A stretch of DNA of 64,000 bases from a virus. A model generated the notes under the pieces. That model was given only the letters and a program-made list of their open reading frames with translations. It ran no database searches and had not been told where the DNA came from. The stretch's first letter is position 1. Every line of letters starts with the position of its first letter. Positions 39,529 through 49,619 of this stretch are shown in pieces. The position numbers and the translations under genes were made by a program. Location: IMG/VR virus record IMGVR_UViG_3300027754_000039, positions 64,001-128,000 of that record; one strand, 5' to 3'.

Positions 39529-40123
39529 ATAAATCTTGTGTTAGTTTATTTATAAAATTTTCTTTAAATAAGTTAAATTCATTCTCTATTTTATCGGCTA
39601 GCTCTTCACCTGTCATACCGCCAGACCAATTTTCAATGGTGCCGTCTGCATTGGCAAATGTCAATGGATTACGAAACGCAGTAGCTAATTCTTTAGCTTC
39701 TTGCTCTGCATCCTTTAACCAATTCTCTGCATTAGCTAACATTCTTTGCTTTTCATACTCTTCATATTTTCCTTCAATACGAAGATTATGTTCAAGTTCT
39801 ACTTGACAATCGAAACAATGTTTTTCTAATGCCCAAAACTTTTTATCTAAACGCTTTGCCATTGCTTGGTTACATTTAGGGCACGCAGCAGGCATTTTTG
39901 TTTTTGCTAGCATTTCACGCAATTCATCAAGTTTACCTTTTTGAATTTTAAACCCATTTCTTTGTTCCCATTCAACTCCATGAATGTCTAACCAAGTTTC
40001 TCCAACTTCACGCTTTTGTTCCGTACCTTTACCTCCCGCAAATCCTATAGTTTGTTTGGTTTGCGTTTTATGAGTTCCGTCTAACATTTGTCGGACAGCT
40101 CTTATATTTTGTAATTTTGCCAT
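39488..40123 (-). CDS. Zn-ribbon hypothetical protein
   Basis: CPKC...CFDC pairs; ETWLDIHGVEWEQRNGFK motif. Confidence 0.65.
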   Translation of the reverse strand: MAKLQNIRAVRQMLDGTHKTQTKQTIGFAGGKGTEQKREVGETWLDIHGVEWEQRNGFKIQKGKLDELREMLAKTKMPAACPKCNQAMAKRLDKKFWALEKHCFDCQVELEHNLRIEGKYEEYEKQRMLANAENWLKDAEQEAKELATAFRNPLTFANADGTIENWSGGMTGEELADKIENEFNLFKENFINKLTQDLYESKNIQGAKESN

Positions 40124-40142
40124 AACTTTTATATATAATTAT

Positions 40143-42908
40143 CTACTTTCTAAAAGAACTGGCTAATCCACCTAATATAAATTTTCCGGTAATTTTAAAG
40201 GGTTTGGCGTAAATTGATTTATCTCTGATGACAATTCCTTCATGATCTGATACAGGTCCTAAAGGCGAATCTAACTTTTCTAATACAGCATCTCCTAATT
40301 TCATAGTAGCTAAATAAATAATATATCCATCTATTGCTGCTTGGAAGTCTTTAGGGTTTGCTACAAACTCACTTAATGGTATACCATCGGAAATTTTAAT
40401 TAAAACTTCTTTGGATAAAGCTGATATTGTTTTGCCGTCAACAGTCTTAATAGTCACGTCTGGTACCTGTGCTTTTGCTAGCCATTGAGAAAGAGTTTTA
40501 GTTTCTTTTTCAGCTGCTGTTCTAGACACTGTATATTTTTTACTTAATTCTCCAGCTAAGTCAGGTTCTCCTTTTAAAGTCGTCGGAATAGATCCTAAAA
40601 CTTCATAGCCATTTTTATTAGCTACTACAGCTAGATTATTTAGTAAATCTTGCATTGCTGCTTTGTTAGCTGACTTTTCTTTAGTAGCTCTTTTAGTTGG
40701 AGTTACTTGCTCTATTTCTAATAAACCATGAACTGCTAGAAAATTCTTATTGTAAGACAACACATTGGTTGAACCTGCTACATACTCTATATTAAATAGA
40801 ATATTTGGGTTGTCCCATAATCCTAACTTTTTCAATGCCGGAGTACAAGCTGGTATTGAATCGTTAAAAATATCTAATACTTTTCCGCCTACTTTAATCA
40901 TTCCATGACCAGCTCCAAATCTATCTGTTAATTCTGCTTTGGTAATTCCTTTAACATCTAATGGTTTATTAGAACCTCTATCCATTACAAAGACTTTTTT
41001 ACCATCTAAAGTAATTAAACGAATAGAAGCATTAACTCCATCTATTTTAACAGACGCAGGTCCTTTCTTTAAATAATTTACTGATTGTTGAAATACAGTT
41101 ACTAAATCTTTTCCTGTCTTTACCCAATCAATATTAAATGGATGCGCCATATGTCCTCCAGCTCCTCCTTCTTTTAAAAGAGATTCTTGAGTAGGCATTT
41201 TAACTCCGAATACTGTTTTAGAAAATACATCAAAGTCATATTCAAATTCACGACCAATGTTTGAATCTAAAAATGTTTTAAGTTTGTTAATTTTTTCATT
41301 ATGAGCTTTTAACTGCTCTGGAGACATAGAACCTTCAGAAACAGATTCTGGAACACAATTAGGAACTTTTTTAGATCCTTTCTTTTTCATTCCAACTTGA
41401 TGATATCCTGACCAACATGGATCGTTTTTATCTTCTTTAATAGAAGTAACTGTCGGCTTACCATAAATTCGTTTAACAATTGATTTGTCTACTTTAGATA
41501 ATTTTCTTTTATAATAACCATCTTTCATCATTTCTAAACTTTTATCTCCGGCAACTCCTTTAATAACAGTCTCGTCGGTTACTACATCGATATCTGATCG
41601 TTTCGCAAGTATTTCTTCCATTTTCATAGAAGCTTCTATATACCAACTTTTAGTTTTTAATAAATTAAATAATTTAGATATTAATTCTTTTTTAGCTTCT
41701 TTTTTATTATTGGTACCTAACAATGAAATTTTATTTCCAAAAAGTGTTGGTTTGAATATAATAAATGCATCTGCAATAGTATCAGCATCTACATCTTCTA
41801 AATAAACTGCTTTGTATTTTGTTTGCAATTCTGTGGCATCATTAGCTGAAAAATCTAATCCTGCTTTAGAATAAGTATCCGAATACATACTCCATACAAT
41901 GTCCATATCTTCTTTTGATAAAGCAGCTAAATTGAAATCTTTCCATGTATTTGGTTTCAATGCAGCTTCTTTCATAAATGCTGAAGGAGTAATATACTTT
42001 TCTGCTTTTATCATTTTAATTAGAAATCCTGCAATCAAGCCTCCCGGTGCAATAGCTATGGTAGTTAATCCAATAGCCTTTAAAATGTCTTTCATTTGCT
42101 CGCCAATTTCAGATTTTTGAGCATCTGTTAATTCTATTTTACCCATTGCTGCTTTTGCTAATAAAGAAAAAGCTTTTTTGGTTTCAGTGCCTTCTTGTTT
42201 TAAAGCTGCAATGAATTTTTTAAATTTCATTTTTAATTCATTCATGGACACTGCTTCCGTTAACTCTAACGATTCTCTCCACCAATGTTTGGAAAATAGA
42301 TTTGACTCTTTAATTCCTTCTATTTTATCAAATACCATATCAGCTGTCTTTTTATCATACCAACCAAATACAGCTTCGAATTGTTTAACTTTTTTATCTC
42401 TAGGTATTTTAGCTCCTAAAGCTTTTCTCAATGTAGTACCTGACATTTCTCCATATCCAGGAATGGTTATGCGAACGTGAGGAGCTACTACTAAATATCC
42501 ATGTTTATCAAATCCTTGAAGACTTGATTTATTTTTTTTATAATCTTGAAAATATGAATCCCCGCCGCTAACTTTTTTTCCTATTTTAAATCTAGGATCT
42601 TCTGCCATATCTTTTGCTCCTACCATAAACACTACTGCAGTGTCTTTAGGATTTAATTTAGATAAAATCTCCTCCGATTTATATGGATTCTTTACCTGTA
42701 CAAGTCGATCGTCGAAACCATAATGTCTTATAATGTCTTGCTTATCTTTGAAAGAAAAAGGGCTCTTTGGGGGTTGTACGACGTTTGACGTTACGATGTA
42801 AGCGTTAGCAGCTCCAAACTCTTTTTGAAGCCATTTGAATGCCGCAGCATGATGTTGACCAAAAGGTTGAAACCTGCCAGGGTATATTGCTATTATATTT
42901 TTTATCAT
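40143..42908 (-). CDS. Multidomain protein: cytidyltransferase-like N-domain ... ligase-like nucleotidyltransferase C-domain (start revised)
   Basis: IAIYPGRFQPFGQHH (HxGH-like); C-domain SVKIDG, HEGIVIRD, FKITG (KxDG superfamily motifs). ATG 42908 follows the stop of the 42910-43182 ORF. Confidence 0.7.
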   Translation of the reverse strand: MIKNIIAIYPGRFQPFGQHHAAAFKWLQKEFGAANAYIVTSNVVQPPKSPFSFKDKQDIIRHYGFDDRLVQVKNPYKSEEILSKLNPKDTAVVFMVGAKDMAEDPRFKIGKKVSGGDSYFQDYKKNKSSLQGFDKHGYLVVAPHVRITIPGYGEMSGTTLRKALGAKIPRDKKVKQFEAVFGWYDKKTADMVFDKIEGIKESNLFSKHWWRESLELTEAVSMNELKMKFKKFIAALKQEGTETKKAFSLLAKAAMGKIELTDAQKSEIGEQMKDILKAIGLTTIAIAPGGLIAGFLIKMIKAEKYITPSAFMKEAALKPNTWKDFNLAALSKEDMDIVWSMYSDTYSKAGLDFSANDATELQTKYKAVYLEDVDADTIADAFIIFKPTLFGNKISLLGTNNKKEAKKELISKLFNLLKTKSWYIEASMKMEEILAKRSDIDVVTDETVIKGVAGDKSLEMMKDGYYKRKLSKVDKSIVKRIYGKPTVTSIKEDKNDPCWSGYHQVGMKKKGSKKVPNCVPESVSEGSMSPEQLKAHNEKINKLKTFLDSNIGREFEYDFDVFSKTVFGVKMPTQESLLKEGGAGGHMAHPFNIDWVKTGKDLVTVFQQSVNYLKKGPASVKIDGVNASIRLITLDGKKVFVMDRGSNKPLDVKGITKAELTDRFGAGHGMIKVGGKVLDIFNDSIPACTPALKKLGLWDNPNILFNIEYVAGSTNVLSYNKNFLAVHGLLEIEQVTPTKRATKEKSANKAAMQDLLNNLAVVANKNGYEVLGSIPTTLKGEPDLAGELSKKYTVSRTAAEKETKTLSQWLAKAQVPDVTIKTVDGKTISALSKEVLIKISDGIPLSEFVANPKDFQAAIDGYIIYLATMKLGDAVLEKLDSPLGPVSDHEGIVIRDKSIYAKPFKITGKFILGGLASSFRK

Positions 42909-42909
42909 G

Positions 42910-43182
42910 TTAACTAAACGAACTTGATTTATAGCTGGTACCATTGTAAATGTACAAATAATTTGTGCTAGTATTAAAATATATAGATCCTGTAACTGGC
43001 GTAGTAGGAACGTTAGTTGTAACTGTAGTAGCGGAACCAGTAACACTTCCAATTAAATTAAATCCAGTTAAATTAGTTACTTGCGTTCCTGTACCATTAT
43101 ATATCTGACCAGAACTTGATACTTGCATTAAGTTCTGAAACGATGATGATATATACTGGGTTGTTAAATTTGAAATTGCCAT
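42910..43182 (-). CDS. Small virion/fibre-like protein
   Basis: PTTPVTGSIYFNTSTNYLYIYNGTSY is a fibre-type motif; promoter motif at 43196-43204. Confidence 0.65.
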   Translation of the reverse strand: MAISNLTTQYISSSFQNLMQVSSSGQIYNGTGTQVTNLTGFNLIGSVTGSATTVTTNVPTTPVTGSIYFNTSTNYLYIYNGTSYKSSSFS

Positions 43183-43211
43183 TTCTATCTTTTGTAATAA
43201 ATATCTAAATT

Positions 43212-43577
43212 TTAATTAAAATTCGTATTGTAATTATATGTTATTTCTTCACCGGGCTGAATATCTTGTATTGAATATAGTTCTATTACTGATTTTTGTA
43301 TATTTGAATTACAAATAGCGTTAGGATATATAGAATGATTGTATATACATCCATATCCTAACGCAAGTATATATGTGTTTACTGTTATTTTATTTGGCCA
43401 TGGCATAACTCTTTCTTTTAAACTACTATAATTAATATTGTTAATATTAAACTCATTTAACTTAAAAAAATGGCATTCCTCAATTAAACTGCCCGAATTA
43501 ATTAACGCAGAAGTAAATACACCTCTTCCATGTATTAATGAATCGTCGACATATATATTAGGATTCTGATAAAGCAT
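43212..43577 (-). CDS. SET-domain protein (lysine methyltransferase-like)
   Basis: SLIHGRGVF, YNHS..PN, IQPGEEITYNY: all hallmark SET motifs. Confidence 0.85.
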   Translation of the reverse strand: MLYQNPNIYVDDSLIHGRGVFTSALINSGSLIEECHFFKLNEFNINNINYSSLKERVMPWPNKITVNTYILALGYGCIYNHSIYPNAICNSNIQKSVIELYSIQDIQPGEEITYNYNTNFN

Positions 43578-43920
43578 TATATAAGATTAATGTATTTTTA
43601 ATATGCTCTTGTGCCGCTGCATTATATTCTTCTTGTGTATTGTAAATAATTTCGCTTTGTCGTATTAATTCATTAATATATGGATATCCAAAGTGAAAAA
43701 TTAAAGATTGGCTAGAATCACGAATTATAATGTAAGGAGTATAATAATTTCTTCCGGATATATTACGTATTTCATCATTATTATTACGATTCCGATGTAA
43801 ATCTTTTGTAATAAAGCTAACTCCTAAATCAGTTAGCATTTGTCTAAGTATTCTACATGTAGGAGCTCCCGGAGATCCTTCACAATAAACAGTATCGGTA
43901 AAAAAATAAACTGTATTCAT
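43558..43920 (-). CDS. Hypothetical, possibly glutaredoxin-like
   Basis: VYFFT...C....C..LRQML.DLGVSF...D...YTPYI loosely fits a Grx pattern but lacks a canonical CxxC. Confidence 0.45.
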   Translation of the reverse strand: MNTVYFFTDTVYCEGSPGAPTCRILRQMLTDLGVSFITKDLHRNRNNNDEIRNISGRNYYTPYIIIRDSSQSLIFHFGYPYINELIRQSEIIYNTQEEYNAAAQEHIKNTLILYNALSES

Positions 43921-43929
43921 AAATTAAAA

Positions 43930-46425
43930 TTAAATTGCTGTTGTTGATAATAAGCCGGCGTTGCTGACGTCAATTCTATATACGGTACCATTGGGTGAGT
44001 TTAATGCAAGACTACCAGAAAATAGTGGAACTACCGAACCTCCATAATTAGTTACTGACTGCAACCGCCATCCCGAGTCTCCTGGAGCGAAAGCGTAGCG
44101 TCCTCCCGGTGCACATTCTAACATATCATTGTAATTATTTGGGCATACATTAAAAAGTGGATTAGGGTCAACATAATATGCAGGGTTGTCTCTACTCACA
44201 GTATAAGAGTAACTTGCCCAATCATTAACTTCATATGTAATTCGACTACGTAAAGATCGTCGTTTACCTAATGTATCGACAGTGGGTAGTCCTGGAGGTG
44301 GAGTTATTGATGTAGCGTCACTAAACCACGCAGAACCGCTGCCAGCATCGTCTCCATTAAATACCCATTGGGTGCCGTAACCGCCGCCTTTTATGGGTAT
44401 ATTGTATTGTACTGCGTAAACGTTATCATAAAAGTTGCCAACTGCATAATAATTTCCAACAGAAATACGGTTAGCCTCTATTAATACATTAGCTCCTAAA
44501 GAAGATGTAGTTGTACACCCCGATCCTAGTATGCCGGTATTATATGCCGGGCCATACGTTTCAATTATAACTTGACCGTCATACCCAAAATCTGCAGGAG
44601 TTATTATTCCAGCTATTGGGGCAGCTGGATTAACAAAAAATCTTACATACATTGCAGAAAATCCGGACCAATTGTTACTAGACGGGCCAGTAATTCCAGC
44701 TAAATTTAATATCGTATACGCCTTTCCACCATCATAAAAATATTTAAAATATGAACCGGAATTAGTATTATTAACAACTATTTGTCTGTTAGCAAAAAAG
44801 TCAGCATATGATACATTTTTTAATATCATATTACTAGCAGTAACGTTACCGGTTACTGATACGGAAAAATTAGAAGCTGATATTTGTAACTTTCCGTCCG
44901 AGCCTGATATAAATGTTCCTGTAGTACTTCCTAAAAAGAATGTATTTGTTTTAATATCTAATATACCACTACCAGACGACGCGTATTTAAAATAAGATGA
45001 TGTATTAGCTACTAATTCTAATCCTACTCCATTATATGATTCTGCTGATCCTAAAATAGATTGCACTGAACCTGAATAAATTACAAATCCAGAATAAGCT
45101 CCGCCATTGTTTGTAATAGCATTTTGAAACCCTTGATATCCTAGAGACCTAATCATTGCAGATTGTGCTTTTCCTGTAATTTCAACGCCAGTTCCCGTAG
45201 CTCCTGCGACAAATAAAGATCCTGTTAGTAAATTATCATTTCCTCCTATGTAAGTATTACCTCCTAAAAATAAATTATTTAAAAGTTCTACGTACTGTGC
45301 GGAAACTAAACCTACAGGATTAACAAATTCAAATTTGAAATCTAATCTATCATTTCGATGTACCGTTGGCAAAGCAAATGAAGCTGTTACTACATTTGCC
45401 GTAAATCCTAACTCATCAGCTTGTTCTGAAATATTTGTTTCATTTGATAACACATATTCTCCTACTCCTGAAGATTTTACATACGATCTAATTTTATTAA
45501 CAACTCCTATTTGAGGTTGAAGTCCTGTAAAAAATACCGTAGCTACATTAAATGTATTTTGTGTTGGAACTGAAGCTAATGAAGCAGACTGCTCGTAAGT
45601 AATTGTAGCTGTTAAAGCTGCATAAGTTGGAGCATAGTCTGAATTACTATTTTGTAATGGAAATATTAACGGGTTTGATAAAAATGCAATTCCATCTCCA
45701 CTAAATGAACTAATGCTTGACGTAAATATTAACGACGCTGACACAGTACCTTGAGGTGACGGATTAACTGAGCTAATAGAAGTATATGGAATTGACACGG
45801 CAGCTGCTAATGCAGAGCCACTGAATCCTGCTCCTGCTAAAGAGCTAGTAGTTAAAACTGGAGTATTATTATAATAGTAATATTCTAAATTACTTACTGA
45901 TTGTGATATTATTCTTGTGCCACCAGCATATCCTAAATTGGTATATGACCCCGTCGAAGCTGATATTGTAGCTGTCGGTAGAGATTCAAATATAATTTCA
46001 GCGTTGTTTTCTTTGGAAGGATCTATATAGACAAGAGTTGACCAACGTACATTAAGTAATTTAGTATCTAAAAAATTACCTGCTGCATCTTTTGAAGCAG
46101 TTCCACAAATTGTTATAAGACCATTTCCAGGAGTTGTATCTTGGTTTACAAATACTGTAATTACGGCTGCTTGCGATTCTGATTCTCTATCTAATCCAAT
46201 TTCATAATAAATTGGGTCTCCATTAGAATCTAATACCTCTATATAAACAGGAGATCCTTCATTAAATAAATTAGGATTTCCTTTGAACTTTAAAATATTT
46301 CTACCGGAAAAGAATTCGGAAGGTATGTTAGTGACTCTAAAATAATCTGGCGATGATATAGAGTTGTCCTCAACTAATACATTTAAATCAGCAAGCCCTT
46401 GATAAATTATTTCTTTTTTAGCCAT
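43930..46425 (-). CDS. Large virion structural protein (baseplate/fibre-associated)
   Basis: 831 aa, Ser/Gly/Thr-rich, ITGSL-type segments like the fibre; promoter motif upstream. Confidence 0.6.
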   Translation of the reverse strand: MAKKEIIYQGLADLNVLVEDNSISSPDYFRVTNIPSEFFSGRNILKFKGNPNLFNEGSPVYIEVLDSNGDPIYYEIGLDRESESQAAVITVFVNQDTTPGNGLITICGTASKDAAGNFLDTKLLNVRWSTLVYIDPSKENNAEIIFESLPTATISASTGSYTNLGYAGGTRIISQSVSNLEYYYYNNTPVLTTSSLAGAGFSGSALAAAVSIPYTSISSVNPSPQGTVSASLIFTSSISSFSGDGIAFLSNPLIFPLQNSNSDYAPTYAALTATITYEQSASLASVPTQNTFNVATVFFTGLQPQIGVVNKIRSYVKSSGVGEYVLSNETNISEQADELGFTANVVTASFALPTVHRNDRLDFKFEFVNPVGLVSAQYVELLNNLFLGGNTYIGGNDNLLTGSLFVAGATGTGVEITGKAQSAMIRSLGYQGFQNAITNNGGAYSGFVIYSGSVQSILGSAESYNGVGLELVANTSSYFKYASSGSGILDIKTNTFFLGSTTGTFISGSDGKLQISASNFSVSVTGNVTASNMILKNVSYADFFANRQIVVNNTNSGSYFKYFYDGGKAYTILNLAGITGPSSNNWSGFSAMYVRFFVNPAAPIAGIITPADFGYDGQVIIETYGPAYNTGILGSGCTTTSSLGANVLIEANRISVGNYYAVGNFYDNVYAVQYNIPIKGGGYGTQWVFNGDDAGSGSAWFSDATSITPPPGLPTVDTLGKRRSLRSRITYEVNDWASYSYTVSRDNPAYYVDPNPLFNVCPNNYNDMLECAPGGRYAFAPGDSGWRLQSVTNYGGSVVPLFSGSLALNSPNGTVYRIDVSNAGLLSTTAI

Positions 46426-46460
46426 GAATTACGTAAAAATACTTATATAAATATAAATAT

Positions 46461-49400
46461 CTAAATGTAATAGATCTTAGAATTTCCGTTGGTTTTAACA
46501 ATTTCAATTAATTTATCAACTACATCTCTCATGGAATCTATATGAGATATAACTAACATAAAAGAGAATTGAGTTTTAAGATACTCAAATAAATTAAACA
46601 TAGAGTTTAAATTGTTAGAATCTAAAACTCCAAAGCCTTCATCAATAGCTAGGAAATTAGGTCTAGGTAGTGATGATATATTTATTAACGCAGTTCTAAT
46701 AGCTAAAGACGATATAAATTTCTCCATACCAGAAGTTAATTCTATAGACCAAAAATTATCTTGATCGTAAACAATATAACAATTAATATTTTTACCATCC
46801 ATTTCCAGCATTATACTAAAATCAACTAACTGAGTTAGGATGTTATTTATTTCCTGTTCTATAAATGGTACAGCGGTGGTAATTAAATCGTAAGGAACTC
46901 CGTCACGATTGACTGCTATTAAATAATATTCGTAAAATTTATATTGTTGAGTTAAATCTTTTAGTTTGGCAATAGACTCTTCAGATTTTTCTTTATCTTT
47001 TTGAGCTACTAGTAAATTGGAATGGCAAGTTAAAATTAAATCATTTACATCACTTAATTCATCTTTAAGTACATCCATTGTAGTATTTAGTAAAGATATA
47101 GAAGTTCTATTTTCTTTATTCTTTTTAATTACAGCTTCTTTAGTATAATACTCATCAACCTTTCTTTGAGTTTCTAGTAATTTAGTTTCTGCTAGCCCAC
47201 GTTTAGTTTTTAAATCATTAATCGTAGATTCGGTATTATTTTTATTAGTATTAGCTTGAGTTAATTTCCTTTGTAATTCATAATACGTTTCTTGTTCAGT
47301 AACTGACTTTGACAACTCTGTCATTTTATCAACTACTTCCTGCAGCTTAGCATTTAAAGATACTAGACCTTCTTTATCATCTTGTATTGAAGATTTTGTA
47401 GCAATAGCATCTTTAACAAAAATATTATCCATACAATATGAACAATTCTCATCATACTTAAGATCATTAAGCTTGGCCATTTTATCTTCTTTGATACGAA
47501 TCTCTGCCTTGCGTTTTTCTATTTGTCCATGAAATATTAATTCTGAATTTTTCAATCCATTATAAACGGCTATACGTGCTTTTATCTCTACAATATTATA
47601 ATTTTCTAATTCCTTTTCAATTTTATCTACAGCAGCTTTAGCTTCAGACAGTGAAATGTCATTAGCGTTTAACTGAGTATTGATTTGATCTAATAACGCA
47701 TTGCATTTAGATACTAAAGTTTCCAATTCAAATATATTTTCAATTGAAGAATCAATTGGTACTAAATCTGAAGTTAGATTTAATATTTGTGCATGGATAT
47801 CTGCAATTTTAGTATCTAACTCTGCCTTGTCCATTAAATGACCTTTATGCTGTTTAGAGTAAGTATCAATGTTAATTAATGCTCCTGACAATTGAGTAGC
47901 AAAGTCTTGCTTTTGATATTCTTTAACTAGCGTAGCTACTTCTTTAATATCTTCATTTGCTATTTTATTTAAGTCTTCAAATATATTAATGTCTAGAAAC
48001 TGTGCTAGTAAGTCTTTACGATCTTTTTGAGCCATATCAATAAATCCAGTATTGTTATTTTGTACTGACAATGCAGTTAAGACAAAATCTTCATAGGTAC
48101 CTAGCAAATTTCTAATGTGATCATTTGTTTCACTTCGTTCTTTTCCATTTAAAGATTCTTTATTTCCTAAATCATCTATACAATAAAAATCAACATCAAC
48201 TCGAACGTGTTCACCTCTTCCTTTAGTTCCTGTTTTTTCAATAAAGTAATCTCGACCATCTAATTCAAAATTAAATTTACATTTAAACGAACCTGATTTA
48301 TTATTTAATACACTTGAAGCTTTAGATGTTCTTCCACATTTGTCAAATATACAATAAGTAATTGAATCTAACATGGTAGACTTTCCAGAGGCATTAGGTG
48401 CAAATATGCCTAGCACTCCTTGCATATTTGTAAAGTCAATTACATTATCTACACCGTAACTAAACATATTTGAAAATTCAAATTTCTTAGGAATCCACGA
48501 TACATTTCTAGAAATTTCTAAATGAGGCAATCCTGAATTAACTGTTCTATTAACGTGACGAATGCCGTCGAGTATATCATCATCTAAAGCAAATTTATTA
48601 TCTAGATATTTAGTAATAAGTTCATTTTGATATTCTACATCTCGAACATCACCTATATTAATTTTATGAACTCGTGTATTATTTTGACTGAAATCATTTA
48701 TTTTTTGAATTGTATATTCTTCAATATCATACTGAGACTTAATGTCAGCTAATATCGTTTTTAAATCTGCTGATTCAGTATTTTTAACTTTAATACGCAA
48801 TCGAATCTTTTTATCTAATACAACTGGCAATATTGGAGCATGTACACCATTGTCAATTTCCAATGTATAATAACAAATGTCATTTGCAATTTCTACAAAG
48901 TCAGCTTTGCAAGTTGCAGTATCCCATACTAACATTCCATGTATTAAAGCTTCTGCATAATTTTGTTGAATTAACGAACCACAATATGCAATAGTCTTTT
49001 CTTGATTGAGGTATTGAGCTGGTTTATGAATATCTCCTAACAAAGTTAATTTATATCCTTCAAATGTATCAATGTCTACATGATCATTTTGCAATCTAAA
49101 TCCAATATCAGTCATTGCATTATTTACAGCTCCGTGATGTAACGCAATTTTAAAATCTCCTTCAAAACTATTTGCTTTGATGAAATCTTTAGGCTTATCA
49201 AAAACAGACATAACTGTAAAGTGTTTATCGGATATATGATATACCCCTGACTCTTTGAGATAATGTAGATTTGGGTGATTAAGTGCATTGACAATAGGAG
49301 TTAATGCATCTAACCTAGACATATTGTTTAAGTTGCAATCGTGATTACCTGTAATTAATATTGTAGGAGCAATATCTGCAAACATTTTAAAGAATTCTTG

Positions 49401-49619
49401 CACTGATTGAATCAACTCAGGCGTCATATCAGTCTTAGCGTGAACAATATCTCCTCCTAAAAAGATAATATCATTTGGCCCTACTGTCTTTTTAATAGCT
49501 TCAACAGTTCTTTCAAATACAGTTTTATATTCTTGATGCCTTTTTAAATTTCGAATGTGAATATCAGCTACGTGATATATTTTTTCAATGTGATTTATTC
49601 CTATTTCTATTCTATTCAT
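46461..49619 (-). CDS. Fused SbcD/Mre11 nuclease - SbcC/Rad50 ATPase (gp47-gp46-like)
   Basis: HVADIH, GGDIVH, GNHD, LGDIH; APNASGKST Walker A; CSYC hook; LTSGME signature; FLAIDEGF Walker B; ISH. Confidence 0.92.
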   Translation of the reverse strand: MNRIEIGINHIEKIYHVADIHIRNLKRHQEYKTVFERTVEAIKKTVGPNDIIFLGGDIVHAKTDMTPELIQSVQEFFKMFADIAPTILITGNHDCNLNNMSRLDALTPIVNALNHPNLHYLKESGVYHISDKHFTVMSVFDKPKDFIKANSFEGDFKIALHHGAVNNAMTDIGFRLQNDHVDIDTFEGYKLTLLGDIHKPAQYLNQEKTIAYCGSLIQQNYAEALIHGMLVWDTATCKADFVEIANDICYYTLEIDNGVHAPILPVVLDKKIRLRIKVKNTESADLKTILADIKSQYDIEEYTIQKINDFSQNNTRVHKINIGDVRDVEYQNELITKYLDNKFALDDDILDGIRHVNRTVNSGLPHLEISRNVSWIPKKFEFSNMFSYGVDNVIDFTNMQGVLGIFAPNASGKSTMLDSITYCIFDKCGRTSKASSVLNNKSGSFKCKFNFELDGRDYFIEKTGTKGRGEHVRVDVDFYCIDDLGNKESLNGKERSETNDHIRNLLGTYEDFVLTALSVQNNNTGFIDMAQKDRKDLLAQFLDINIFEDLNKIANEDIKEVATLVKEYQKQDFATQLSGALINIDTYSKQHKGHLMDKAELDTKIADIHAQILNLTSDLVPIDSSIENIFELETLVSKCNALLDQINTQLNANDISLSEAKAAVDKIEKELENYNIVEIKARIAVYNGLKNSELIFHGQIEKRKAEIRIKEDKMAKLNDLKYDENCSYCMDNIFVKDAIATKSSIQDDKEGLVSLNAKLQEVVDKMTELSKSVTEQETYYELQRKLTQANTNKNNTESTINDLKTKRGLAETKLLETQRKVDEYYTKEAVIKKNKENRTSISLLNTTMDVLKDELSDVNDLILTCHSNLLVAQKDKEKSEESIAKLKDLTQQYKFYEYYLIAVNRDGVPYDLITTAVPFIEQEINNILTQLVDFSIMLEMDGKNINCYIVYDQDNFWSIELTSGMEKFISSLAIRTALINISSLPRPNFLAIDEGFGVLDSNNLNSMFNLFEYLKTQFSFMLVISHIDSMRDVVDKLIEIVKTNGNSKIYYI

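Noticed and set aside
42909-43052. Track start for the 969-aa ORF at 43052
   Set aside because: It overlaps the better-supported 42910-43182 gene in another frame; ATG 42908 directly precedes the NTase motif.
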